Positions 56,187 through 64,000 of a DNA stretch of 64,000 nucleotides are shown one piece after another. This stretch comes from a virus, in IMG/VR virus record IMGVR_UViG_3300028374_000008, positions 1 through 64,000 of that record; one strand, given 5' to 3'. The notes beneath the pieces are model-generated. The model had not been told where the DNA came from and did no database searches. It saw nothing but the letters and a program-made list of their open reading frames with translations. The translations under genes and the position numbers were made by a program. Position 1 is the stretch's first letter, and each line of letters opens with the position of its first letter.

Positions 56187-56202
56187 GGTGTGCCTGTAGG
56201 GG

Positions 56203-56595
56203 CTAATTGATTTCGCTCTCCAAACGCTCGAGCTCGTCCCACGAGTCGGCGCCTTTGATGGCCGCGACGATAGATTGGCGTCGCTCCTTCGCTTCGTTGA
56301 GCTCAGCTTGGATCTTTGCAGCTTCCTTGGACGCTTCGATTGCTTCTTTGTGTAGCCGCTCCGACTCTTCCTGGCTGGCGGCGCTCTCTGCTTTGAGCTG
56401 GGCTTGCTTGGCGGCGTCTTCTGCGGTGCGGCCTTTGGCTTTAAGGCGCGCCTCTTTTTTAGCTGCCACAACCCACACGATGACAATCACAAGGAACAGC
56501 ACGGCCAAGACAATCGCCCACCACCACCGGATGTACCACGGTGATTTGGCGTCGCCGATGACCTTACGTCGTATGTCTAAGAAAATGGGTTCCAT
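56203..56595 (-). CDS. Membrane-anchored coiled-coil protein (i-spanin-like)
   Basis: WWWAIVLAVLFLVIVIVWVV followed by coiled coil; lies after tail genes. Confidence 0.55.
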   Translation of the reverse strand: MEPIFLDIRRKVIGDAKSPWYIRWWWAIVLAVLFLVIVIVWVVAAKKEARLKAKGRTAEDAAKQAQLKAESAASQEESERLHKEAIEASKEAAKIQAELNEAKERRQSIVAAIKGADSWDELERLESEIN

Positions 56596-58982
56596 TATAG
56601 ACCCGAGTCTCCAAGAGGCGTCGCGAGCAGGCGGTACACGTTTAACTGGTCGGACGCTGTCAGACGGCGGAACAGCTGGTCGTGGCGATACACTCGTAGC
56701 AGCGAGATGCGGCCGGTGCCACCGCTGAAGCCCGTGAGAATAAAGAAATCGCCATTACGTTCAATACGCGGGTTGGTGTACCCCGAGGCGATGGCGAACG
56801 CTGCGCGGAACCCAAAGTTACGCTTACCGTATAGCTGGATGCTATTCGCTGGGTCGACGTACGCGACGTAGTCCTGGTCCACGGCCAACCCGTTCGGGAC
56901 AGACGCGCCGGGCGCTGGAGTAGGCACTGCCTGAAGTAGACCTGTGAGAGAACTCTCGGTTGTCTCCTCGCCGCTCCACTTGTTCAGGACCAGCACGTAC
57001 CCCAAGTCTGCTCCGTCGCTCACCTGAAGCCACAGGTGCTGCGGGTCACATTTCATAGCCCGGTTTGTGAAAACGTCGGTGGTACCTGTGAAAGCGTAGT
57101 CCCATGAGGACGAAGAGCCGGCGCCTTTGTTTGCGAGTGCGCGGACGTTGAACGACCCTGTCCCAGCAGGTCCCGCTACGTACACGTAGAACCCGTCGGT
57201 ACATACGGAGATAAGTGCGGCGCCATGCGCGTACGCCCAATCGTCAGTCGCGGACCCTGCAGTCATGTCTAAACGGCTCACGGTCCCGTCCAACAAGACC
57301 AAGAACAAGTACTCGTCGTCCATGCACATATCGCGCACGTCAGAGCCTGATGTGTACGTCCACACGGATGCGCCAGTCGACGCGTTGTAAAGCTCTACGT
57401 CTGTACCGTCCGCCACAGCAAAGTAGGCGCCGTTTGTGCACAGCGAAGAATCCGGAGCGGCAGCGACCGCCGTCGCGTATGTTTGCTCAACAACGCTTAG
57501 GTTAGTGAGGTCACGCCGCTCGGCGGTCGAACCGCCGTCATCGTACAGCAAGTACACGTAGCGACCGTCTGTACACGCGTTTAAGCTAACGACTGCTGCG
57601 CCGAAAGACTCCGTGCGTTCAAACATGTAGAACGAGATATCCGTCGGCTCCAGCGTCTTAACGAGCAGAACTTCTTTGTTCGTCGTGCCCGCGATGAACT
57701 CGTGGACCGAGCTGGCGACCGCCGTGTTGTCTTGCAGCGTAGAAATAGCTGCAGCGTTTGTTGTGATTTCGGTGTCAACAGCCTCGTTAAACTCTTGCTG
57801 CGACTCTAACGCTGTGCTGATTGTAACAAAAGGAGTTGCGTCGATGCCGAGACGTTTGGCCCCTTCATCAACACCTGACGCCGGCGGCGCCGCAATCGGC
57901 CGTTCGTAGTCCGCACGAATGCTGTTCGCCGTCGCTTCCAAGATACCGAAGTTTGCAAGTCGGATGTCCGTCACAGGAAACGATTTAATCAGCACGCTCC
58001 CGTCTGCCAGCGTGAAAGAATCGTCAACGACACGCCCAACGACCACGCAGTCCGGCGCCTTCTCAGGCTCTGCCGACAGGTTCACCAGGCTTGCGCCCGG
58101 GATGAGATGCTCGTTGGAGTTTTCTTCGACAGACTCCCGTCGGTTCTGGACCGTTGAGTACCAGATGGCGAGCGTGTCCCCTTCGTTGAGTTCGTTGTCT
58201 GACGTTGCAGCAAAGAACGCTGCCAAGGCGGTATCTGTAATTTCGTGGAACAGACCGTCCCCGCCTGAGGTGAGCGTCGTCGGCCCGAGGTCGACCATCG
58301 CCCCGTCTGTGCCAGTCGTTGCGCTGACCAAAACATTGACGGTGCCGTCCGCGTTGATGGCGTCGACGATGTCTTGCGTCGTGTGGCCCAGGCCCGAGTC
58401 GTACTGGACCACGATCTCATGTAAGCCAGGCTGTACAGCTTCGTTGCTTACGACCTCGCCATTTAGGTCGATGTTAATCGCGCCGGCACCGGACAAGTCG
58501 ACAGTCTCCACAGACAGATTAAAGCTGCCGTCAAAATCAAAGACGACGGCTGTCACCGTAAAGTCGTTGACGCCTACGGTACCCAACGTTGCGGTAGCGT
58601 AACGCGTCGGGAAGCGTGTGCCGCCTCCCTCGTTGGAGTCTCCGCGTGCCTCGCCGGGCGTCGTACCCGGCACTGCAATGAGCGACGCGCCAGAGGACAG
58701 CGCAAGTGCTCCCGTACCGCCGCTGGCAGTGACTCCTCCCCAGGCGATGGATCCGCCGCTTGAGAGCTGGAAGAACAGTGAGCGGTCGTTGTCACGCAGC
58801 CACCGTGCTTCGTTTGATTCAATGCGCAGCGCCTCAGAGCGTGCACGCAGCACCTCGTCCGGGCGGGACAGTGTCGCCTGGTCCGCCTGCTCCCCGTTTT
58901 GGATGGGCGAGATTGAGTCGGTAGAGGCTTCGCCCGAGTCATTGCCCGACGGCGTAGTCTGGAAGTCGATTACTTTAGTCAT
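56595..58982 (-). CDS. Tail fibre/tail-associated protein with C-terminal beta-propeller
   Basis: 795 aa; repeated CTDG.YVY / CTNG.YF / CMDD.YLF blades. Confidence 0.65.
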   Translation of the reverse strand: MTKVIDFQTTPSGNDSGEASTDSISPIQNGEQADQATLSRPDEVLRARSEALRIESNEARWLRDNDRSLFFQLSSGGSIAWGGVTASGGTGALALSSGASLIAVPGTTPGEARGDSNEGGGTRFPTRYATATLGTVGVNDFTVTAVVFDFDGSFNLSVETVDLSGAGAINIDLNGEVVSNEAVQPGLHEIVVQYDSGLGHTTQDIVDAINADGTVNVLVSATTGTDGAMVDLGPTTLTSGGDGLFHEITDTALAAFFAATSDNELNEGDTLAIWYSTVQNRRESVEENSNEHLIPGASLVNLSAEPEKAPDCVVVGRVVDDSFTLADGSVLIKSFPVTDIRLANFGILEATANSIRADYERPIAAPPASGVDEGAKRLGIDATPFVTISTALESQQEFNEAVDTEITTNAAAISTLQDNTAVASSVHEFIAGTTNKEVLLVKTLEPTDISFYMFERTESFGAAVVSLNACTDGRYVYLLYDDGGSTAERRDLTNLSVVEQTYATAVAAAPDSSLCTNGAYFAVADGTDVELYNASTGASVWTYTSGSDVRDMCMDDEYLFLVLLDGTVSRLDMTAGSATDDWAYAHGAALISVCTDGFYVYVAGPAGTGSFNVRALANKGAGSSSSWDYAFTGTTDVFTNRAMKCDPQHLWLQVSDGADLGYVLVLNKWSGEETTESSLTGLLQAVPTPAPGASVPNGLAVDQDYVAYVDPANSIQLYGKRNFGFRAAFAIASGYTNPRIERNGDFFILTGFSGGTGRISLLRVYRHDQLFRRLTASDQLNVYRLLATPLGDSGL

Positions 58983-58995
58983 CTTGAAATCCTTA

Positions 58996-59520
58996 TCAGA
59001 CGATGGAGTACTGCACGTCCCACACGTAGCTTATGGCGAGGTCGGCGGTTTTGGTGATGGCGGGGTAGACCTGTCGGCACACAAGTAGTTCGTTGGCTGC
59101 GCCTGCCAGGCCATCGGATACTGTGTAGATGCCCGCTGCGCGGAGGGTAGACCCGTTTGCTTCGCCAGTCCCTACCTCTGCGCGGAACTGCACCAGCCCT
59201 GAGATGCCGCCCAAGTCAATGTCCACATCAGCTGCGCGGTCGAACACGTAGTCTTTGACTACCGTACCCGTAGGGCCGGTGTCGCTGGCCGACGCGCCTG
59301 ACGCAAAGGGCGTAGCGCTTGCTTCAATCTGCATGCTGTTAAACGCCAGCTCCGTGACGTCTGCCACCGCAGCTTTCTGCGTAATCAGGGCAGCAAGCAC
59401 TTCCAGGTGCACGGTCGTGATCTGATTTTTCTTTGCGGAGACACAGGTCTTCTCTCCGGTCGACGTGTTTACCACGTAAACCTTTAGGAAGCCTTGCATA
59501 AGTGCGTTTTCAGATTTCAT
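58996..59520 (-). CDS. Tail collar/baseplate-associated protein
   Basis: GEANG.TLR.AGIY...YPAITKT.DL.ISY.W pattern. Confidence 0.6.
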   Translation of the reverse strand: MKSENALMQGFLKVYVVNTSTGEKTCVSAKKNQITTVHLEVLAALITQKAAVADVTELAFNSMQIEASATPFASGASASDTGPTGTVVKDYVFDRAADVDIDLGGISGLVQFRAEVGTGEANGSTLRAAGIYTVSDGLAGAANELLVCRQVYPAITKTADLAISYVWDVQYSIV

Positions 59521-59602
59521 GGGCTGCTCACAGTTTCGCCAGGTGTGTAATCTACCGAGCGGCGAATGTTTTTACCATGCGTGATCGCGTGTAACCACTG
59601 TA

Positions 59603-59752
59603 TCACGTACCGCCGTTGTAGAGTGCGAGAACGTCGGCAGGTGTAGAATGCGCATCTGTAAACGTAACCTCGTCAATCCTACCAACCCAAAGCTGCGCGG
59701 CGATTGCTGCCTCGCGCCAGGCGAGCAGGAGTTGTTCGGTCGTGTAGGTCAA
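59603..59752 (-). pseudogene. Orphan LamG-like C-terminal fragment (49 codons)
   Basis: Read by hand: LTYTTEQLLLAWREAAIAAQLWVGRIDEVTFTDAHSTPADVLALYNGGT. Confidence 0.45.
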
Positions 59753-62700
59753 AACGGACCCCCCCACTCAGACTCAAGGAAGCCCCAAACCTCGTCGCGC
59801 TGCGCCTCGGTGAGCGTGCCATCGTAGACGACCAGCTCGTGGATATAGCCCGTCCACGGAGTCGCGTTGTATCCGGCGCCCACAAACACGCGGGTAGGCG
59901 ACGGGCCTTCCGGCAATCCGTCGCCCCCGGCAATCGTCGAGTCAACCCGCGTCCGGGCATCATATAGCCCGGTCACAGACGTGGTCCCGTGAATCGCAGT
60001 CAGCATATTTCTTGCGTTGTTCGAGAATGAGCCGCCCGCGAAAAACTCGACCCCCGACACGCGATCTATCGCAGAGACGAATCCGGTGGTCGCGGTCGCG
60101 GAGCCCGCATACATCTCGAATGTTGAGTCCGACGCAGAGTCGCTGCCTCCGTCCATCATAACAACACCCTGGTACAGCACCCCCGCGGTGTGTTCTGCCA
60201 CGGCGAAAACTGTAATCCCGGTCGAAAAATCCGGAGAAAACGCCGACGATAGCTTGTCGTCGGCCCCGTCGTATTGGACAGCGGCGACACCAGCGACCGT
60301 TGTTTTCGTCGGTCGCGCGGACCCTGAGCCTGCGACCGCCAACCCGCTGTGTCGGTCGGTCCAGCTGTCGACCGGGTCACTGTCGGCCAGCGCGGCGAGG
60401 CTTTTCGCAGACCAGTCCCACGACGTGACGCCAGCGAATTCAGGCGCAAACAACACTGGCGCCTGCAGAAACACCTGGTTGTTTGTGCTTTGAAGCGTCA
60501 CAAGAACAGGCCAGCTTGTGATGTAATTACCTGAGGACGTCTTCTCGACGACAGGGTTTGCGCCTCCGACGGCCGTATGTGTGAACGACGTTCGAGGCGC
60601 CGAGAAGTAGTACTCAACGCCAGTCTCAGATGTGAGTGCGGGGGCAGCGCCTGTGACAACACCGACCAGCGTTGCCTTCCCGCCACTGCTAACGTCGACG
60701 ATGCGGAAACGTCGCGGCGTGCCCTGCACCTTAATGACGACTTCGTGGCGGAAATCGAACTGATTGAGCTCAACGTCAAACGTCGCGGTGTCACCTACGA
60801 TGTTTACAGAGCCACCAAAGGTCGGTGCGACGCGCTGCAGTACCGACGGTGTACCCGCGATGTAGCCCACCGACACGCCTTCAACCGTTGCGCCCGTGTT
60901 AAATGACGTCACCTTTGCGGCCAGAAGCCGTCCGTGTGTGAGTACGGCCTTCTGGTTAGTGCCAGGCGCCAACGTGAACATCTCACCCGTGGCAACGAAT
61001 GATGCGCCCGCCCACGCGTACAATTCTACTTGTGCACGTGGGTCGACGCCGCCGCTTTCCTGGTACATGAACACCAGTGTTTCGACTTCACCGGAGTCCG
61101 GAAGCTCTGTGACCGTACCAAAGTCGTCTTTCCGGACAGTGGTGTACCACGCAAGCTGCGGGCCCGAGTACGTGTAGTACGTCCCAATCTCGGTACCGCC
61201 ACCTACTTCAAACGCGCTGTCTACCTCCGACATAAGCTCGGCGTCTAAGTCAGGTTTGCCGACGATGAGGAGCTCGTCGTCGCCGACACCAACCTCGTCT
61301 TGAAACTGCCCGGCTGCGTCGACAAGCAGGTACGTGTAGGCGGACCTGCCTTCAAGCAACACGTCGCGGATGTCGCGTTGAGCACGTGGGAACTCAATGT
61401 CGGGGTAGGCGGCGAAGTCGTAGCTGACGTTGAAGATGTGGTTCTTCAATAGCCGGCTCATGTAATTGTAGCCGGGACTATGCGTCAGCGCCGGGCGGCC
61501 TTCGATGGACCACTCCGCGCCGACTAAGCCGGTTGCCGATGGTTCCAAGAAAAACGACGGGGTTGTACCGTCTAAGTTGTCTACGAGGACCCGATTACTT
61601 GCCAGCACGCCGGTGACAACGTAGTCGCCTGTCGGTATGGCCGACGCAGATACGACGCGTATGACCGTGCCAATGTCCGCCCGCGTAAACGACGGTCCAA
61701 ACGTAATAACAAATTCGTTTGAGCCCAGCGTGACAACACTCAGCTTAAAGGAGTAGTTACTCGCCAAAAATCCGGAGATGTCCAACGGCGACGACGTGCC
61801 GTCCGTGATGGAGAAGTTGTCACGGTCTACCGCGGACACGATCTCATATTCTGTGCCCGCAATGGTGATCGTTTTTGTCTCATCAGATGTCCGGACGACG
61901 TCACCTACGACCTCTAACTGCGCCGTGACGCTTAAGTTGTAGAACAGAGACTTACCTGTGCGCCGCGCCGGCACGGTTCCGTAGCTGTCTCCGCCTACGG
62001 TGTAGAATAAGTCGCCCACTTTAAAGCGTGGGTTGCCTACCCGGTTCTCGTACAACGTTGTGTCGACGCTACGCCGTTGCGCCGTCTCTCCCGGCCAGAG
62101 CTCATCCGGGATGACTTCGGTGTAGTACCAGGTCGGGTTTGAGATGTAGTCGTCGACCTCAAACACAATCGATAACGGCTGGAACGCTTCGAGCGTGTCC
62201 CCTACAGAGAGCGCGGGGTCGATGGACCCGGCAGGCAGTCTGTACACTTCGATGTCTGTTACGACGATGTCCGCAGCGCCGCCCGTTGTGATGGACGCAA
62301 TGACTTCGCCGTCCTGACGCGCAACGGGTATGCCGCTGATAACGTTAAGCGCCGACTCAATACGCCGAAGCGACGGGCCCAAGATGAAGTAGCGAAAGAT
62401 GCCCTGCAGAAGCGCGCGATACGATTCCGTACTTGGCTCGTACCGGTTCAACAGATACCCGAAGGACAGCCACAAGTTCTCTCGGTCAAAGAGCGCGTCG
62501 GGTATCCAGTAAGAGAGCTGTGTCACCCGTGACGGTGACTGGTGCGTCCACTGCAACGTGTCATCGTCTACAGGGTCGAACACCGTCTCTTCGGTAAACG
62601 TGACCTGCAGCCCTGAGTCAACGGTTTCAATGGTGTAGAGCAGCTCACGGTCTTGACGTGTGGGGTCAACGAACAAGATCTGTGTACCGACATCGAACTG

Positions 62701-63444
62701 CGTAAAGTACTCCGTGTCGCGTACTTCCCACCGCACGCCCGTCGCTGCGCTTACGTATGAACCATCGAGCACCACCGTGCGCGCGTCGACAACGCTCAAA
62801 ATCTCACGTTCAAGTGTCGCCCCGCTGTCGGGATGTGACAGTACACGACCAACGTCATCGGCAGTGAAGGCGGCGCGTGCGGACACAAACGAGTTGCTTG
62901 CGGGGAACGTTCCATCGGTCCCACTTCTAACAACTCCGCGTGTAACAAACACGTCAGCGGTGGGCGTTACCTTTCCGTCCCCAGCATTCCGAAACACCGT
63001 AGGGACAATGTCTATCTCGCGCGACGCGACACCGTTCGTTGTGTTGAACGGGTCAGCGAAGAAGCGCAGCTCGTCGGCGTCGGCGTCGATATCGAAGTCG
63101 ATGTCGACCTCAAGCGACACCGTTGGGTCGTAGACGCGGTTGAGCAGGAACATCGCTTCACGCAGCTTGTCGTCGAGCGCTAAGTTCCACGTCTGGGACT
63201 CAAGGTCATACCGGACCTGGTCTTGGCGCACCGTCAGCAAGTACCAGTACTCTTTGTTGAACAGCGGGACGTCGTCTAAGTTTGCGTTCAGAACCTGGGT
63301 AACCATGTCCAGGTACGCCTGTCCCAACTGAACTTCCGTGGCGGCATAAAGCCCGTTCAAGATGTCCCGGTCAGCAAAGAATCGCTGCCAGAAATCTGAT
63401 AAGCCAGTCAGAAGTGTTTGTGCCTGGTTGGTCAGCACGGCCAT
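59749..63444 (-). CDS. Large baseplate/tail protein with C-terminal LamG-like domain
   Basis: 1231 aa; FTxxDVG repeats; C-terminal WTGYIHELVVYDGTLTEAQRDEV. Confidence 0.7.
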   Translation of the reverse strand: MAVLTNQAQTLLTGLSDFWQRFFADRDILNGLYAATEVQLGQAYLDMVTQVLNANLDDVPLFNKEYWYLLTVRQDQVRYDLESQTWNLALDDKLREAMFLLNRVYDPTVSLEVDIDFDIDADADELRFFADPFNTTNGVASREIDIVPTVFRNAGDGKVTPTADVFVTRGVVRSGTDGTFPASNSFVSARAAFTADDVGRVLSHPDSGATLEREILSVVDARTVVLDGSYVSAATGVRWEVRDTEYFTQFDVGTQILFVDPTRQDRELLYTIETVDSGLQVTFTEETVFDPVDDDTLQWTHQSPSRVTQLSYWIPDALFDRENLWLSFGYLLNRYEPSTESYRALLQGIFRYFILGPSLRRIESALNVISGIPVARQDGEVIASITTGGAADIVVTDIEVYRLPAGSIDPALSVGDTLEAFQPLSIVFEVDDYISNPTWYYTEVIPDELWPGETAQRRSVDTTLYENRVGNPRFKVGDLFYTVGGDSYGTVPARRTGKSLFYNLSVTAQLEVVGDVVRTSDETKTITIAGTEYEIVSAVDRDNFSITDGTSSPLDISGFLASNYSFKLSVVTLGSNEFVITFGPSFTRADIGTVIRVVSASAIPTGDYVVTGVLASNRVLVDNLDGTTPSFFLEPSATGLVGAEWSIEGRPALTHSPGYNYMSRLLKNHIFNVSYDFAAYPDIEFPRAQRDIRDVLLEGRSAYTYLLVDAAGQFQDEVGVGDDELLIVGKPDLDAELMSEVDSAFEVGGGTEIGTYYTYSGPQLAWYTTVRKDDFGTVTELPDSGEVETLVFMYQESGGVDPRAQVELYAWAGASFVATGEMFTLAPGTNQKAVLTHGRLLAAKVTSFNTGATVEGVSVGYIAGTPSVLQRVAPTFGGSVNIVGDTATFDVELNQFDFRHEVVIKVQGTPRRFRIVDVSSGGKATLVGVVTGAAPALTSETGVEYYFSAPRTSFTHTAVGGANPVVEKTSSGNYITSWPVLVTLQSTNNQVFLQAPVLFAPEFAGVTSWDWSAKSLAALADSDPVDSWTDRHSGLAVAGSGSARPTKTTVAGVAAVQYDGADDKLSSAFSPDFSTGITVFAVAEHTAGVLYQGVVMMDGGSDSASDSTFEMYAGSATATTGFVSAIDRVSGVEFFAGGSFSNNARNMLTAIHGTTSVTGLYDARTRVDSTIAGGDGLPEGPSPTRVFVGAGYNATPWTGYIHELVVYDGTLTEAQRDEVWGFLESEWGGPF

Positions 63445-64000
63445 TAGGACACCTGAGTCAGAGTGATCAAATCTATGGACGAGAGGTAGCGCACATTAGG
63501 GTCAACGACGCCGAGTGTGAGCGGATCTTCTAAGCGGTCAATGGCATCGGGCAACGCCAACTTGTCGCGCGAGATTTCGACTGCGTCTGTTGTCTCATAC
63601 GTAATCAAGCGTCCGTCTGGCGCGTAGAAATCATACGTGACCGTAATCGGCAGCTCGACGTAGCCCACCTCGGCAGAGTTCTGGCTCTGGAACGCGGTCA
63701 CGATGTCTGAGACGTGGATGGTATCGTCGGCGGGGAAGGCGTTGATGTAGTTAATCAACCCAAGCTTGGCGACCTCTGCGTCGAAGAACGCGTTTGCGTT
63801 ATCTCGCAAAGCATACCGGATCTCAAAGCTTAAGTACGCAGGGTGGAGCCCACGAAGAAGCGTGTTTGCGCACGCCACACGTTCGTTGTCGTCTTCGACA
63901 AACGTGTTGATGACGTCAAACTGTGACAGCGTGTCGTACACGACGCGTAGCGTTTTGTTGTTGTACTTGGTGTCCCACACCAGTTCCCACTCAAGATTTA
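63444..64000 (-). CDS. Baseplate wedge (J-like) protein, C-terminal part
   Basis: Open at the window's right end; position upstream of the baseplate gene; L..YIN.......I.VSDIV pattern. Confidence 0.5.
   Translation of the reverse strand, partial: NLEWELVWDTKYNNKTLRVVYDTLSQFDVINTFVEDDNERVACANTLLRGLHPAYLSFEIRYALRDNANAFFDAEVAKLGLINYINAFPADDTIHVSDIVTAFQSQNSAEVGYVELPITVTYDFYAPDGRLITYETTDAVEISRDKLALPDAIDRLEDPLTLGVVDPNVRYLSSIDLITLTQVS

Noticed and set aside
59745-59760. Programmed +1 frameshift at TTT-TGA extending the tail protein
   Set aside because: The +1 frame gives a short non-LamG peptide. The LamG-like remnant is in the -1 frame without a canonical slippery heptamer.

Overview
This 64-kb window is part of a large tailed dsDNA phage genome, probably a jumbo myophage. 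The host cannot be determined from the sequence. Contents from left to right: (1) a minus-strand head/virion block with major capsid protein, decoration protein, putative prohead protease and many internal-head proteins studded with a K-x-A motif; (2) a two-chain multisubunit RNA polymerase (beta fused to the N-half of beta', plus a separate beta' C-half) and the portal; (3) a plus-strand replication block with SNF2 helicase, two PD-(D/E)XK nucleases, ParB, an SSB-like protein, primase-helicase and a UDG-fused family A DNA polymerase; (4) a 1.27-kb non-coding region packed with repeated palindromes and hairpins; (5) terminase large subunit; (6) a MoxR-like AAA ATPase and HExxH/vWA pair leading into an operon with an intact retron-like reverse transcriptase; (7) RuvC, possible lysis genes and tail/baseplate genes. 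Most notable: (a) a retron-like RT with no room for its own msr-msd, in a genome that carries a modular structured repeat array about 7.5 kb away; (b) a GNAT acetyltransferase domain inserted inside the RNAP beta chain and bracketed by the K-x-A motif that marks virion proteins, suggesting protease-released cargo; (c) a ~70-aa insert shared by the SNF2 helicase and the DNA polymerase. All calls come from motif reading by eye; no database searches or folding programs were run.
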